63,601 bases of DNA, filler included, from Octopus bimaculoides (GCF_001194135.2; 5 parts of 4 records of this genome joined end to end with filler, not necessarily neighbours in it), one strand, 5' to 3'; counted from the first letter of the whole stretch, positions 25,641 to 39,354 are shown. A program made the numbers and translations. The notes: generated from the sequence alone by a model not told the origin.

Positions 25641-26379
25641 ATCCAGTGGAACCAGCGTTAATACAAAAGGGTAATGCTGTGTTAGAACACAGAATACTGC
25701 AATAGTTACCACGAAATAACTTCTCATGTAGACTTGTAGTGCATATAAGAACTAGCAGGAGATCATCAACTGCCATCACCACTGCTGGAAGTACGAGATC
25801 ATGAGATTTTGGCCTTCCTTGGACTTGTCAATGGTAGATGCTCAAAGGGTTGGAAACAGCAGTGATTCCTCCACTAATAGTATACACAGAGTGTCTGCTC
25901 AGGCCAGTGGGTTTATAAAAAAATAATTGATAGTGACAGAAGTAGCATTAACACAAATTGGTAATATTCGTTACCAATTAAATAATAGATTAAGTTGCAC
26001 ACCACCTCCTGGCTGGATGTGGTTTGTAACTTGCCACTGCTAGATAACAAGGGATCATGTATACAACAAAAAAAATAGAGACAGAGTGAAAGGACAAGAC
26101 ACATGAGTGAGGTCTACAAGGTGTAGTGTGTTGCTGAATGAGTTAATGCTAGTCAGATGGCTTTCTGTTGGATGTGGTCTCCAATGTTTGTGACCGCAAC
26201 AGCAACAACAGCATTATCCCAGATATAAGAGTAATGTTTCAAGAAATATGACTCTTAAATGATCTTCATATAGAATCAAGTAGCAGAAATATATATTTTT
26301 GGTTTGAGATCAATGATTCTGAACTGGGGTCCATATGAGATTTTGCTGTTAAAATTTATCTGCAATTTATTGGCTATTG

Positions 26380-26760
26380 GGAGGAGGGTGCCAAGGATTC
26401 TTTCCCATTCCAGTTATGAAGAAACTGGATATCATCATATGGTATGAAAGAAATTGGTAAATCCAGTGGAGTTAACAGTTCCTCGTGAAGATAACATGGA
26501 CAGCACTTGGGCTCGAAAGATTGACCGTTATGAAGACCTTCTCAACGAATGTGAAGGCAGGCTGGAAAGCAGAGCATTTTCCAATCAAAGTCAGTTGTAG
26601 AGGATTCGTTGGACACAGTGTGAGGTGACTGTTTTTATTGTTAGGCCTAACTCATCGTAAGGTAAATACCACCGTGAGTGATATCCAAACTACAGTGGAG
26701 AAAGCTAACCACTGGATTGGGTTAAAAAGAGACGATGAGCAATGGCTAGAAGAATATTGA
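26380..26760 (+). mobile_element. HERO-like non-LTR element, restriction-like endonuclease remnant
   Basis: LDIIIW...VELTVPREDNMDSTWARKIDRYEDLLNECE / GWKAEHFPIKVSCRGFVGHSV...VEKANHWIGLKRDDEQW. Confidence 0.75.
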
Positions 26761-26937
26761 GCAAAATCTTATAACCAGTTGATCTAGCAAGCAGGGCTTC
26801 ATTTCAGGGAGGGAGGGAGCTGGTGTGCAATGATGCTGTCAAGGGGTAGGCCTCGAAATGGCATACATTCTCTCCTAATGACCCCATACACTTGCTAGCA
26901 TCCAGTATGTGGAGCTTTCAATTGGTACCCAAACTGA

Positions 26938-27637
26938 CATACCTACACAAATGTGCCCCACCGACCTTGTTTCTTTTTAACTTTCAGAAAAATTGATATT
27001 TTTCAATGAAATTTTCTACAAATACACTTCAGATTGTGCAGATTATGATTATAAGATTTTAATGTGAAATTCTTTTTTCCAAGGCTGGAGAGAAGCGTTT
27101 CGGAAAATGTACACGTGTCAACTTTGTTTCCACATAATTTTTAGAAAAATGGATATTTTTTAATGCAACGTTCTTCAAATACCTTTCAGAATGTGTAGAT
27201 TGTGATTATATCTATGTTTAATATGAAAAATAAAAAGTGGTGCGTTTGCACACATACATACTGACCGACATCACATATATTCATAAAATGGAACGTGAAA
27301 TTTCGAAAAAAAATTGTGACGTATGTCGGTACCAAACAACTTTATTTTTCACATTAAATTCCGATAAAATTAAAACCATCTGAAAGGTATTTGAAGAAAA
27401 TTTCGTTAAAAAATACCCATTTTGCTGAAAGTTATAAGGAAGTAAAGCCGACTCGTGTGAATTTTCCAAAACTCCTCTCCCAACCCTTGGATAAAACTTT
27501 TCACAACAAATTCCGATATAATCGGAATCTGCACCTTCTGAAGCGTATTTGAAGAAAATTTCATCACAAAATATCCATTTTTCTGGAAGTTATGAGGAAA
27601 CACAGTGGGGAGGGCACAATTGTGTAGGTATGCCCCC
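26938..27637. mobile_element. ~700-bp MITE/foldback element with long imperfect TIRs and subterminal repeats
   Basis: CATACCTACACAAATGTGCCC (26938) versus reverse complement of 27612-27632 (20/21); ~80-bp blocks at ~26975, ~27135 (direct) and ~27370, ~27517 (inverted); no TSD found. Confidence 0.8.
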
Positions 27638-27833
27638 AGGACTTTTATCTGAACTGGTTTATCTTCGTTTTCTTTTTGCTTTTCTAAGATAATTTGATTT
27701 TTCGGTTAAAATAAAACTAAAATGATTTTTCTTTTAAAGATAGAAGTTTATTTATATTTAATTTTATTTTCCTTTAAATACTGATATAAATTTATGTATT
27801 TGGTGGCGCGACACCTGATCACATTTTTAATAG

Positions 27834-27896
27834 ATCCACAAAAACAAAAAGGAGCGATAAGCATCAATAAATCAGATTATATAAATAACTATAAAG
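27834..27896 (+). CDS. Candidate 63-nt phase 1-1 coding exon of an unidentified gene
   Basis: Acceptor TTTTTAATAG|, donor AAG|GTACGA, open frame (D)PQKQKGAISINKSDYINNYK(G). Confidence 0.3.
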
Positions 27897-28569
27897 GTAC
27901 GAGTTCATGTACGGTTATATATGTGTATGTGAATAGTTATATATACGTGTATATATTAATTATTTATCTACCACAATTAATACTAAGAAGGAACGTTGCA
28001 ATCATTTGCCAACATCCGGTCATTAACAACAGTTCGACTTCTCCCAATTAACTCTTAATTAGGAAACGGGGTATTAATTAAGATGTCTTAAAAGGTATAA
28101 CAACAACATACGTATGATTTTTCTAATGTTTAAAGGAAAACCTAGGTTATTTATGTGTTTCGCAAGCCTGAGAAACACGACCCTAACCAGACAGCATCAT
28201 TGTCGTTTCAACCAACTCTTTCATTTTTTTTTTCTTCACCATCATCGTCGGCAACAAATAAACTTCTGAAAGTACATTAAAAACTACCAGAGTTATTTGT
28301 ACTTTCTACGTAGTTGTTCGACATGCTGGAAACTCTAACCACATCTATTTCAAATCGCACCTAAATTATCTTAGATAATATAGACAGAGAGAGACATGTT
28401 TTTCACCCTCAGATCTGTTGGATCCAGCGCGGACTTGAGGCTAAACAGCAAGGAAAACACGTTAGATAATATAATCCTAGATACATTGTGTCTGAATAAG
28501 AGACGGTGTATTCATGACTAGAACGAAAACCTTTTGGGTATGAATATAGGCTGACCCGGGGTTAACAAA

Positions 28570-29045
28570 AACAAGATGGGACTCTGTGAACAATGTCATA
28601 TATAGCATTATGTCTGAATAAAAAGTTGGATGGTTACGACTGGAACGGCTATTGTCAGAGTTCAACTGGTTAAGGACTTATCTGAGGCTAAATAACAACA
28701 CTAATATGTTAACAATGATGTACTCAGAATACATTATTCAGTATCTTTCCTTTTAACACTATAGTGTGTGGTTTTGAGAGGGATTTAGCTGTTGTTTTCA
28801 GCACGGCCAGTGACAACATTAAAGACTCTCCCGTCTCGAGCCAACAGTGAACCTCTATACAGTGACTCAACCTGCTAGAAATAATAATACAACTCCCTCA
28901 AACCACACCCAATTGTTTGGTAATTTATTAAGACACATTGTATAATGTTATTCTATACGTTATAGGATGGTCACGGTTGGAATACTTTTAAAATAAATAA
29001 ATTTGCTAGCTCAGTTAGAGCTGACCTGGGGTTAAACAACAACTG
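28570..29045. mobile_element. Head-to-head pair of SINE family D copies (others ~7130-7220 +, ~36655-36890 -)
   Basis: Shared CTGCTAGAAATA...CCCTCAAA.CACAC body and GACCTGGGG.TAAACAAC tail. Confidence 0.65.
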
Positions 29046-29627
29046 ATTAAAAGTTAGTCCCAAATTTCGTCCCAAGGCCAGCTCAACTGGTATTTATTTT
29101 GTCGACCTCGAAAGTCGACCTCGGCATAATTTGAGCTCAGAACACAAAGATGGACGACTATTATTATTATCATCATTAGGTGGCGAGGCTGACAGAATCG
29201 TTGGCACGGCGGAGAAAATGTTTAGCGGCATTTCATCCGTCTTTACAGTCTGAGTTCAAATGCCATTGAGGTCGACTTTACCTTTCATCCTTTCGAAAAT
29301 CGATAAAATAAGTAATAGTCTAAATTCTGGAGCTGATGTAACCGACAAGGCCCTCGCCTGCCACCCAAATTTCAGGTCTTGTGCCTATACTAGAAAGGAT
29401 TATCATTATTATTATTATAGAAACTAGGAAGACGTAGAGTGATGGTAGGATGAAGGTGCCTATGTAGGTCTAATTAATGTACGTCCGAGGATGTATTTTG
29501 AGCGAAACAGTGCGTGAAAGGTTCGGGTCGGTATGACAGCCAGGTGCCCGATGTACATGTCTGACAGAAAGGTTTTACCGTAAAATGTGCCAGTATCACA
29601 CACAAACTTAGTTATCCACTTACAGGT

Positions 29628-29669
<42 letters not shown>

Positions 29670-31045
29670 TTATATATATTAGAACCGAGAACAAACGAAC
29701 TAAAGAAATACATACATACGTGCAAATATATGCTTATATATGTTTGTACGTATTATAGATGAGTATAATGCATATATATATATGTGTGTGAATGTATGTT
29801 TGTGACAAATCGAATAGGTATGAACATGAAATAACATTTGCATACCTATATATGTACATATTTATATACACGTGTGTGTGTGTGTGTGTGTGTGTGAGAC
29901 GAGCAATGAAGACACGGCTTACATGTAAGGGCAATTATAGAAATGATTTTATGACAAACATCCCGAGGAAGTGTTCTGTAGTAAAACCAAACGTTTCTAC
30001 ATCGAATCCATCGATGGGAAATGTAGCTTAACGATTATATAGCTAAGATATATGTATACGCAAAGGTATATACATATGCACTTATAGAGACATGCTTACA
30101 TACATACACGCATACCTTTTTCCCGTGTTCTTCCTCTTTTAGGCCATCAAAATTGTTACATACGCGCGCGCATGTGTCTGTATGTATGTATATATATATG
30201 TATATATATATATACACACACACATACATGCACGCACATTTACTTCAATGCAGTCATATATTCAACATAAACACATTAGTATGAGTATATATAAGTGATA
30301 AATAGATAGATAAGTGAAGAGACAGAGATAAATGGATAGATATACATAATACAGATATACAATACATACATGTACATATATATACACACAGACATCAATG
30401 CAAGCATACATTCTATACAGAATGTATATTAATATGCGGTAGACATGTATATATATATAAAATAAGCTATAAATTCAAATATATACATAGATATATACAG
30501 ATATATACACACATATCTTCAAGGAACAGTTTTGTTTTTGGTAAAGGATGCCCCGATCCAGCTTGACGAAGGAAGCGTAACACGGACATACAGGCAGAAT
30601 GACACTCAGGCACACACACATATACAACAGTGAAGCACCGAGACATACACACATATACTCGAGTACACGAACACACACACGCATACACTAGCAGTTATAA
30701 ACAAATATATACATCGACACGTGCGTGTGACACATACATAAACTCACGCATAAAGCCACATGTATTATGCATGACTACAAAACATACACAATGTTACCGA
30801 ACAAGAAGCATATAAGCACACACATACATATTATTCGAGCATAAACTCACACATAAACACATATATACACACACACACAACAATGTAGAACGAAGCAGGT
30901 TTGTTTCGGAGGAATGAAAAAAAAACATGGCCAAATTAAGAGACATCTTTCTCAGAATATACCTTCATATCCTATCTAAAAGACATATATGTTAAGGTAA
31001 AGCTATATACCACCATTTATTTATATTCATAACATATTTCTGCTC

Positions 31046-31117
<72 letters not shown>

Positions 31118-33510
31118 CATGCGCGCGGCTGTACGTGTATATAATAAAATATATAATATGGATGTGTATGTCAATGGGGTGATATGATGGATCCTCGTCG
31201 TTCGACAATGGGGATTCGTTTATTTGACCAACTGAATTACCTGCTCCTGAATTAATATGTAGCTGGCTGAGTATTCCACGGACATGTGTATCGTCAACGT
31301 AATTCCCTGACAGAATCAGCGTGACAAAGCCTTCCTTTTCAAACACAAATACAATATACTGGACGGAATGCTTTACCAATTTATTATTTTCGAAAGCTAA
31401 AATAACATGGGGAAGTGCACTGTGACCAGCGATATAATAACAACCGATAGTATTTTTTTACTTGTTTCAGTCATTTAACTGCGGCCATGCTAGAGCACCG
31501 CCTTTAGTCGAACAAATAGACCCCGGGACTTATTCTTTGGAAGCCTAGTACTTATTCTATCAGACTCTTTTGCCGACCAGTTAAGTTACGGGAACGTAAA
31601 CGCACCAACATCAGTTGTCAAGCGATGGGGGTGGGGGGACAAACACACACACACACACATATATATATATGACAGGCTCCTTTCAGTTTCCGTTTACCAA
31701 ATTCACTCACAAGGCTTTGGTCGGCCTGAGGCTATAGTAGATGATACTTGCCCAAGATACCTCGCAGTGGCACTGAACCCGGAACCATGTGGTTGAGAAG
31801 CAAGCTTCTTACCACACAGCCACTCATGTATGTATGTACGTACATNNNNNNNNNNNNNNNNNNNNNNNNNNNNNNNNNNNNNNNNNNNNNNNNNNNNNNN
31901 NNNNNNNNNNNNNNNNNNNNNNNNNNNNNNNNNNNNNNNNNNNNNNNNNNNNNNNNNNNNNNNNNNNNNNNNNNNNNNNNNNNNNNNNNNNNNNNNNNNN
32001 NNNNNNNNNNNNNNATATATATATATATATATAAGCCATCTATGAGTCCATAAGTCAGGAAGAGATGCACCCTGTATACCTATCAATGGAGTAGGTATAT
32101 TATCCGAAGTGTACAGTATTATACATCCATTACGGCTGATCTTACCAGTTGGTTACCTTGTGCAAAACCTATTCGTATGATTGGCCATAATGGATATATA
32201 ATACTGTACACTTCAGATAATACACACACACACATAATTGTTCATTTAACATTCGCCTTCCATGCTGGCATGGGTTAGACAGCTTGGCAGGGGCTGGTCA
32301 GGCAGGAGCTTGCACCAGACATCTGTATCTGTTTTGGCAGAGTTTTTATGGCTGGATGTCCTTCCTAACACCAACCACCTAGCAGAATGGACTGAGTGCT
32401 TTTTATGTGGAACAAGCACAGGTGAGGTCACTTTTAGTAAGGATGCCCTTCCAAATGCCAACCACTTTACAATGTGGACTGGATACTTTTTACGTAGCAT
32501 CATCACCTACACATAATTATATAAATTAATACAAACTACAGATATTCCACCATGATGACCTCAAGGTCCTCGCCCACTTAATATTCATCAGGCCATTACT
32601 TCCATTTGCTTCAACTCTCTTTTCTTGTTCAAAAATTAATTCTGGGAAAAGTGGAGTCTATTAAAAAAAGAAAGAAAAAGGCCTCAATACTGGCCCCACA
32701 ATTGTAAGACCTCACTGTTGACTCCCTGCTGTTACTGTTTCTATCTACCAAATGTCACTTATAAAGCTTTGGCCAACCTGAAGCCCAAACACAGAAGATA
32801 TCTGCCCAAAGCACTATGCAAGCTCCATGTTATGAATCAAATTTCATAATGACATGTCTGTATTGTTATAGATACGTTATGAAATTTGATATATATGAAG
32901 GCAATGTGGCTGATGCTAGTGTCGGGTAACTAGCACCCATGCTGGTGGCACGTAAAATGCACCTTTCAAGCACTGGACCTCATGGAAGCAATGACAAATG
33001 ACCGATACCTTTGGCAATAAGCTGTGCTTGGGAAGGAAGATCCATCGACCTGAGTGAAATTGTAGTCATGGCCGATACTGGTGTCATGCAAGTGGCACAT
33101 AAAGGCACCCATTACACTCTCAGATTGGTTGGCATTGGGAAGGGCATCCAGCCGTAGAAACTATACCAAATCAGACTGGAGTCTGATGCAGCCCCTCAGC
33201 TTACCAGCCCTGGTCAAACTGTCCAACCCTTGCCAGCATGGACAAAAGGATGCTAAATGATGATGATATATATATATATATATATATAGTTCAAATATAC
33301 AGAAGATAAAAGACGAAGACGAGTGAAGGAACAAGAGGGTATATTAGTTTGACACTCAGGATGAATGGAAAGTCTTTGATGTTTTGAGCCTACTCTCTTT
33401 CAGAGACAGGACTGGGAGGGGAAAAAAATGGAGAGTGAATGAAAAAAATGTGTAGGGATTAATAGAGCAATATGATGAAATGGCCATGGATATATATACA
33501 TGTATGTGTG

Positions 33511-33585
<75 letters not shown>

Positions 33586-34029
33586 TCGGCAGCAGTCACT
33601 GTCCATTTTCCATGCTGGCATGGGTTGGATGGTTTGACAGGAGCTGGTCAGGCAGAAGACTATACTAAGCTCTACTGTCTGCTTTGGCATTGTTCCTACA
33701 ACTGGATGCCTTTCCTGATGCCAACCACTTTACAGAGTGTATTTGGTGCTATTTACATGGCACTAGCACCAACAGGGTCACCAAGTAACTTGCAAGACAA
33801 AAACCCCTTCAGTTGGGAGGGGAGCATTAAGCAAGGTGGTTTAGGATATCAACATAAATACACACACACACACACATGTATGCTTATATCTTTGTTTTCA
33901 TTGCATGTATATCTCTATCCATAAATGGTTTATTTTGATTTCATGTTTTTATTTATCTTTATTGCCTGATCTGTGTATTTTGTTACTTTCTGATTGGAAG
34001 TGGATCTTCTCTCTCAGTTTTTTACGAGA

Positions 34030-34296
34030 ACTTCTAGGATGCAGCAACTAGTTAAGGACCTAGAGGAGGCGATGAGGCGGCGGTCCTCGAGAAGGTTGGC
34101 AAAGGTTAACAAGGACAAGTCGATCAGTTTGCAACTCGGCACCTGGAGGGGCAAGCCGATGCCGTCCAATAACGTCGTGGGGCGTTGGACGGAAGGTCCT
34201 GTTAAGCTGCTTGGAGTCTGGTTCGGGCCAGGCCTCCAGATAGAGAAAAATTGGAGCGAGGTGACCAGCAGGGTGACTGCTCTAACCCAGACCTGG
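34030..34296 (+). mobile_element. L1/Tx1-clade RT C-terminal fragment
   Basis: AKVNKDKSISLQLGTWRGKPMP...VGRWTEGPVKLLGVWFGPGLQIEKNWSEVTSRV. Confidence 0.8.
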
Positions 34297-34541
34297 TAAA
34301 TATTTATGAAATAAAGTAGCTTGCTTCCCAACCATATGGTTTTGGGTTCAGTCGCACTGCGTGGCACCTTGGGCAAGTGTCTTCTACTATAGCCTTGGGC
34401 CGATCAAAGCCGTGTGAGTGGATTTGGTAGACGGAAACTGAAAGAAGCCCGTGTTTNNNNNNNNNNNNNNNNNNNNNNNNNNNNNNNNNNNNNNNNNNNN
34501 NNNNNNNNNNNNNNNNNNNNTTTTTCTCCTTGTCTCCGTAT

Positions 34542-34578
34542 TCTTTCTGTTGAAGAGCGTAGCTCGAAACGTCAAAGA
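34542..34578 (+). ncRNA. Minimal type I hammerhead-like motif with U6 core, intact copy
   Basis: TCTTT-CTGTTGA-A-GAGC[GTA]GCTC-GAAAC-GTC-AAAGA: 5-bp stem I, 4-bp stem II, loopless palindromic stem III ACGT, GUC triplet. Confidence 0.75.
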
Positions 34579-34666
34579 CTTTCCGTATTCCCGAGCGTCA
34601 TACTAATATATACTTTTGTTATTTACACCACCTGTCCTCGTCTGTTGTTATTTTTTGTATATTCTC

Positions 34667-34710
<44 letters not shown>

Positions 34711-35869
34711 CTGTACCCCCAACATCGCTTGACAACCGATGGTGGTGTGTTTACGTCCCCGTAACTTAACGGTTCGGCAAAAAGACCCCGATAGAATAAG
34801 TACTAGGCTTCCAAAGAATAAGTCCTGGGGTTGATTTGTTTGACTAAAGGCGGTGCTCCAGCATGGCCGCAGTCAAATGACTGAAACAAGTAAAAAAATA
34901 AAAGAATATATATATACATAGGCAGACAGACATATTATGTACACGCGCACACATATCCTGCCAAACATGTTTTAGACTTTTCTTTTCCTATTTTTGCATC
35001 AACAACTTTTGTTGAGTAAAGTAAGACAATACTTTTTTTTTATATTTATAAAATTTGAAGTCGAAACTTCGAACTGCTGTTAATTAAAGTTTCAGCTTTA
35101 ATCAATTAATTTACCATAAACTCTTCTCTCTCTCTCTCCCTCTCTTTTACCCAATGTGCAGGTATATATGTACACATATATGTATGTATGTATATATGTA
35201 TGTATGTGTATATGTACGTTCATATGTGAACATGTATGTATGTGTGCATACATGTAGATAGATAGAGACAGACAGACTTGTGTGTGTGCGTGTTCCTGTT
35301 ATAATACATATATGTACAGACAAATACAAAGATAATATATGCACATTAATGGATAACATATAAGAGAGGGAAGAAGAAAAGGTACCCTTTTGCTAAGTTA
35401 TCTACTATTCACTCGAATCTGAAATCCTAATTCCAAACTTCCCAGACATGTTTCGAACGAGTATTCTTTCTATTGCCCGTCTCAAAACCACCGGCACCAA
35501 GAAAACTCAAGAGCAGCGATTTGCAAGGTTTCACCTTTTTATATACATATATGTATTCAATTTAAATAAACGAATAATAAAATTAACGAATAAGAGAAGG
35601 TGCACAAGGAATGCATTAGTTTGATGCTCGGGATATACATAGACAAGGAAAGGTCTGAAGGGCTGACTTTGAAGTTTCCGCTTGCAAAGTGTGATTCAGT
35701 TAGTAAGCCGAAAACTTCGAAGTTACTGTCAACCCTTTCCTTGTGAAAAATTTTAAAAAAAAATATTTGGCAATCCTTTATATAACTGTACGGAGAAATC
35801 ATGTGTGTGCATAAGCATTGTATATGTATATGTAAGTATTTGTATATATATTTATACATATACATAAAC

Positions 35870-35912
<43 letters not shown>

Positions 35913-36382
35913 CATGTCTCTTAAAGGATAGAGCTCAAAATCAATGCATTGAAGATACTTTATTGCAGCAACAATTATAATAACAGAAACAACCACAATA
36001 AGCCAAACCTATGCACATTTCTTAGTCCTTGAGTCACTTTGCAATGTTCTGCCGGTTAAAAGTAATATATATATATATATATATATGTGTGTATATATAT
36101 ANNNNNNNNNNNNNNNNNNNNNNNNNNNNNNNNNNNNNNNNNNNNNNNNNNNNNNNNNNNNNNNNNNNNNNNNNNNNNNNNNNNNNNNNNNNNNNNNNNN
36201 NNNNNNNNNNNNNNNNNNNNNNNNNNNNNNNNNNNNNNNNNNNNNNNNNNNNNNNNNNTATATACACACACACACAAATACACGCACGTTTATATATATA
36301 CAAAAACTCAACTGTGAGTTTTTGGCTAAGACTGTTAACAGATACTATATATTTTGTAAAATTTGTTTTATAAAAGTATATA

Positions 36383-36423
<41 letters not shown>

Positions 36424-37288
36424 AATGTTAAGACATATAAGGATAGCTGAAGCAGATAGGCACACAGTATACACGTTATATATGTGTGTATACACACACA
36501 CGCACATGCACAAACGATAGTGATTGATCCATAAAAAGGCAATGTTATTTGTTTTTTAAAAATCTGCAGAGGAATATATACATTTTTTCCCAGATCCATA
36601 ACATTCAGTAAATAAATTCCTACAATGCAATAATTAAATACAAATGGCTAATGTTGTTGCTGTTGTTTAGGCGCAGGTAAAAACTCTGATCGAGTAAGAC
36701 ATAAGACCAAAGTGTCATCCCGCAATGACCAAACCATCCTTTCAGGTGATCTAGCGATATATATACACATATATTATCTAACGTAACTTTTCTTTTCTTT
36801 ATAAACTCGAGGGTGCGTGATATGTGGGAGATATATGACTGCTGTTTCTAGCAGTTGGAGTGACCACGTAGAGGCTACCTCGTTGGCTCCGAGTGAATAA
36901 TTTTGCTGTTGTTAATATTATTAGTGTTAATGTTATTTGTTTGTTTAGACGTGTTAGTTTTATTATTATTATTATTATTCTCTCTCTCGCGCTCTCTCTC
37001 TCTCTCTCCTTTCTTCCGTATGTACACGATTACCTTTTCCAGTCTTAAGAAGTCCTTAATATTTTTCTTCCGTCTTCCTTCCTTTATAGTTAATTTGCCT
37101 TACGCCTGGGCAGGGCACCCACGAACGGATGCTGCAGCAGTAAAAGAAAGAGAGAGTGAGAGGGATAGTCAGAGAGAGAGAGATACGAAGAGAGTAAGGG
37201 AGGGAGAGAAAGTGAGTGACTAACAGACAGATCGTGAGACTTTATGCATTTAACGTGGTTTGTGTGTGTGTATATATAAATATATATG

Positions 37289-37333
<45 letters not shown>

Positions 37334-37620
37334 NNNNNNNNNNNNNNNNNNNNNNNNNNNNNNNNNNNNNNNNNNNNTTAATTAATTAANNNNNNNNNNN
37401 NNNNNNNNNNNNNNNNNNNNNNNNNNNNNNNNNGAAAGCCGAGATTGGTTTTTATATCCTGGAAATGTGCCACACAGGGCAGATTTCCGTCGCAAAAAAC
37501 TTGCACCAGAGAGTCTACAAGTTGTTGTACAACTTTGTATATAAAATAAATTTTACAAACAAACTTTTTAAAACATGAAAAAGGCAAAACTTACAGAGCC
37601 GACACGTCTACCGTCCGTCC

Positions 37621-37691
<71 letters not shown>

Positions 37692-37714
37692 GATAGATAG
37701 ATAGATAGATAGAG

Positions 37715-37745
<31 letters not shown>

Positions 37746-38099
37746 GATAGATAGATCGAGCGATCGATCGATAGATAGATGCTTACCTACCTATAGGTAG
37801 GTAAGTTGGTAGTTAGGTGGATAAATAGTTAGTTACTTAGGTAGGGAGGTAGACAGATAGACAGATTGATTGATTGACTACCCCTTCAATACTGCTTATG
37901 CGTATTTTCACATCTTATTCTTAGTTTTGATCTTTTCCCTGGTGGAATTTATGTAGGTAACTGGTTACCTATGTAGGTGAGGGGTAATCCTAGATATCCA
38001 CATAGTTTTAGTAAGCCATCAAGTGCTCAAAACCCTTCTGATGACCTTCCCTGTTCATTAGAGGCGACCTTTCTGTTGAATCAGTACAGTCCATTTTAG

Positions 38100-39300
38100 C
38101 CCATTTTCACTTACTTATTTTTCTAAGACTCAATCATAGTCCCCAATACACCAATTATCACAGGCCCAGTCTTTACAGATTTCATGTTCCAAATCAATGC
38201 AATCTCAAATTTTAAGGAGTCGTTATTTTTAAACTTTTCATCTGATTTCTTCATAATCCTGGAATCAAACGGACATAATGGATCAATCAATAAGCAAATT
38301 CGCTTTTCTTTGTCTATTATCGTAATATCTGGCGTGTTATTCTCTATCTTCAGATCCATTTAAATTGGAAACTCCCACAAAATTGTGCATGTCTCCGATT
38401 CAAGTACTCTTTCTATCTGATGATTTTGCCACGTACCCTGCTTCAAACCTGCACTTCAGACAAAGTTACCAGTGTAAAAATATTACAACTCGATCATGCC
38501 TTCATTTCTTATATCGTCTCTGTGCTAACTTTAGACATTTTGTAGGAGTGTGTACCACTGTTTCATCCCAACTTCCACATAATCTAGATTTTTTCCGACA
38601 AATTCTCCTCTTTCACATATTCTTTCAAATTGTTTGTTCGATCTTGAGTTGTTAAAATAAGGCTCTCCGATTCTTTTTTCAATTTCCTCCTTTTTCAACC
38701 AAGTCCATGATTTTATTCCATAAACATCCTCCGTGGCTTTCAGAACTGACCATATAAAGGTTTCTCGTCGGTCTATTTTACATGTTCTTTTTGGATTTCA
38801 TTCTTGTTCTTTTCTTCTTTTTCACCCTTGATCCCTTTTTCTATCTTTACTACCTTCACATGCTTTTTCTGTGCTTTCAATCTAAGTTGAACCTGTTCCA
38901 CCTTGATCTCCGGTTGATATCGGCTTTCTGAGGCGAGCTCCATACATAGTCAACGTTTTTTTGATAAGCGGTACTGACGTTGAATTTATCGCTTTAATAA
39001 CATTTCTTGAATCCGACCTTGATTGTATATTTTTTTCTCCTTCTCCTTGTATACTCTCTACTTGTAATTTACTTCAACTCTTCGTTTTATTTCGTCTGTC
39101 TCAAGAATTCACAAATAGTTATTCCAGTGCCTTCAACTGATTTCATTGTTTGCTCATTTGGTATTTCAATTTATCGCACTCTTTCAAGCTGCTTCGCAAT
39201 TTTCTCATAAAGCTTTCACATAAAGCTTTCTATCATCCATAAGGTGATGATTTATCTGACTATATCCTTTTCCCAAATCCTAAGTTATTTTGACTTTCCA
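38100..39300 (-). mobile_element. R4/Dong-like non-LTR element copy B: RT C-terminal part to endonuclease, decayed
   Basis: INHHLMDDRKLY, RNVIKAINS, RHDRVVIFLHW, ENNTPDITIIDKEKRICLLIDPLCPFD...PVIIGVLG. Confidence 0.85.
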
Positions 39301-39309
39301 TAATATCCT

Positions 39310-39310
39310 C

Positions 39311-39354
<44 letters not shown>

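Noticed and set aside
26830-26885. CTGTCAA-GGGG-TAGG-CCTC-GAAAT after the HERO-like fragment
   Set aside because: Only superficially hammerhead-like; stems I and III cannot be formed
31044-31379. 111-aa ORF with protein-like composition
   Set aside because: Its core aligns by eye to the 3' half of SINE family C
35441-35495. Minus-strand GAAAC-AT-GTC with a long stem II-like hairpin
   Set aside because: The core strand (CUGANGA equivalent) is not recognisable; at best a dead relic
37434-37560. Open reading KAEIGFYILEMCHTGQISVAKNLHQRVYKLLYNF after a scaffold join
   Set aside because: Acceptor is lost in the gap, donor is weak, and no family is recognised
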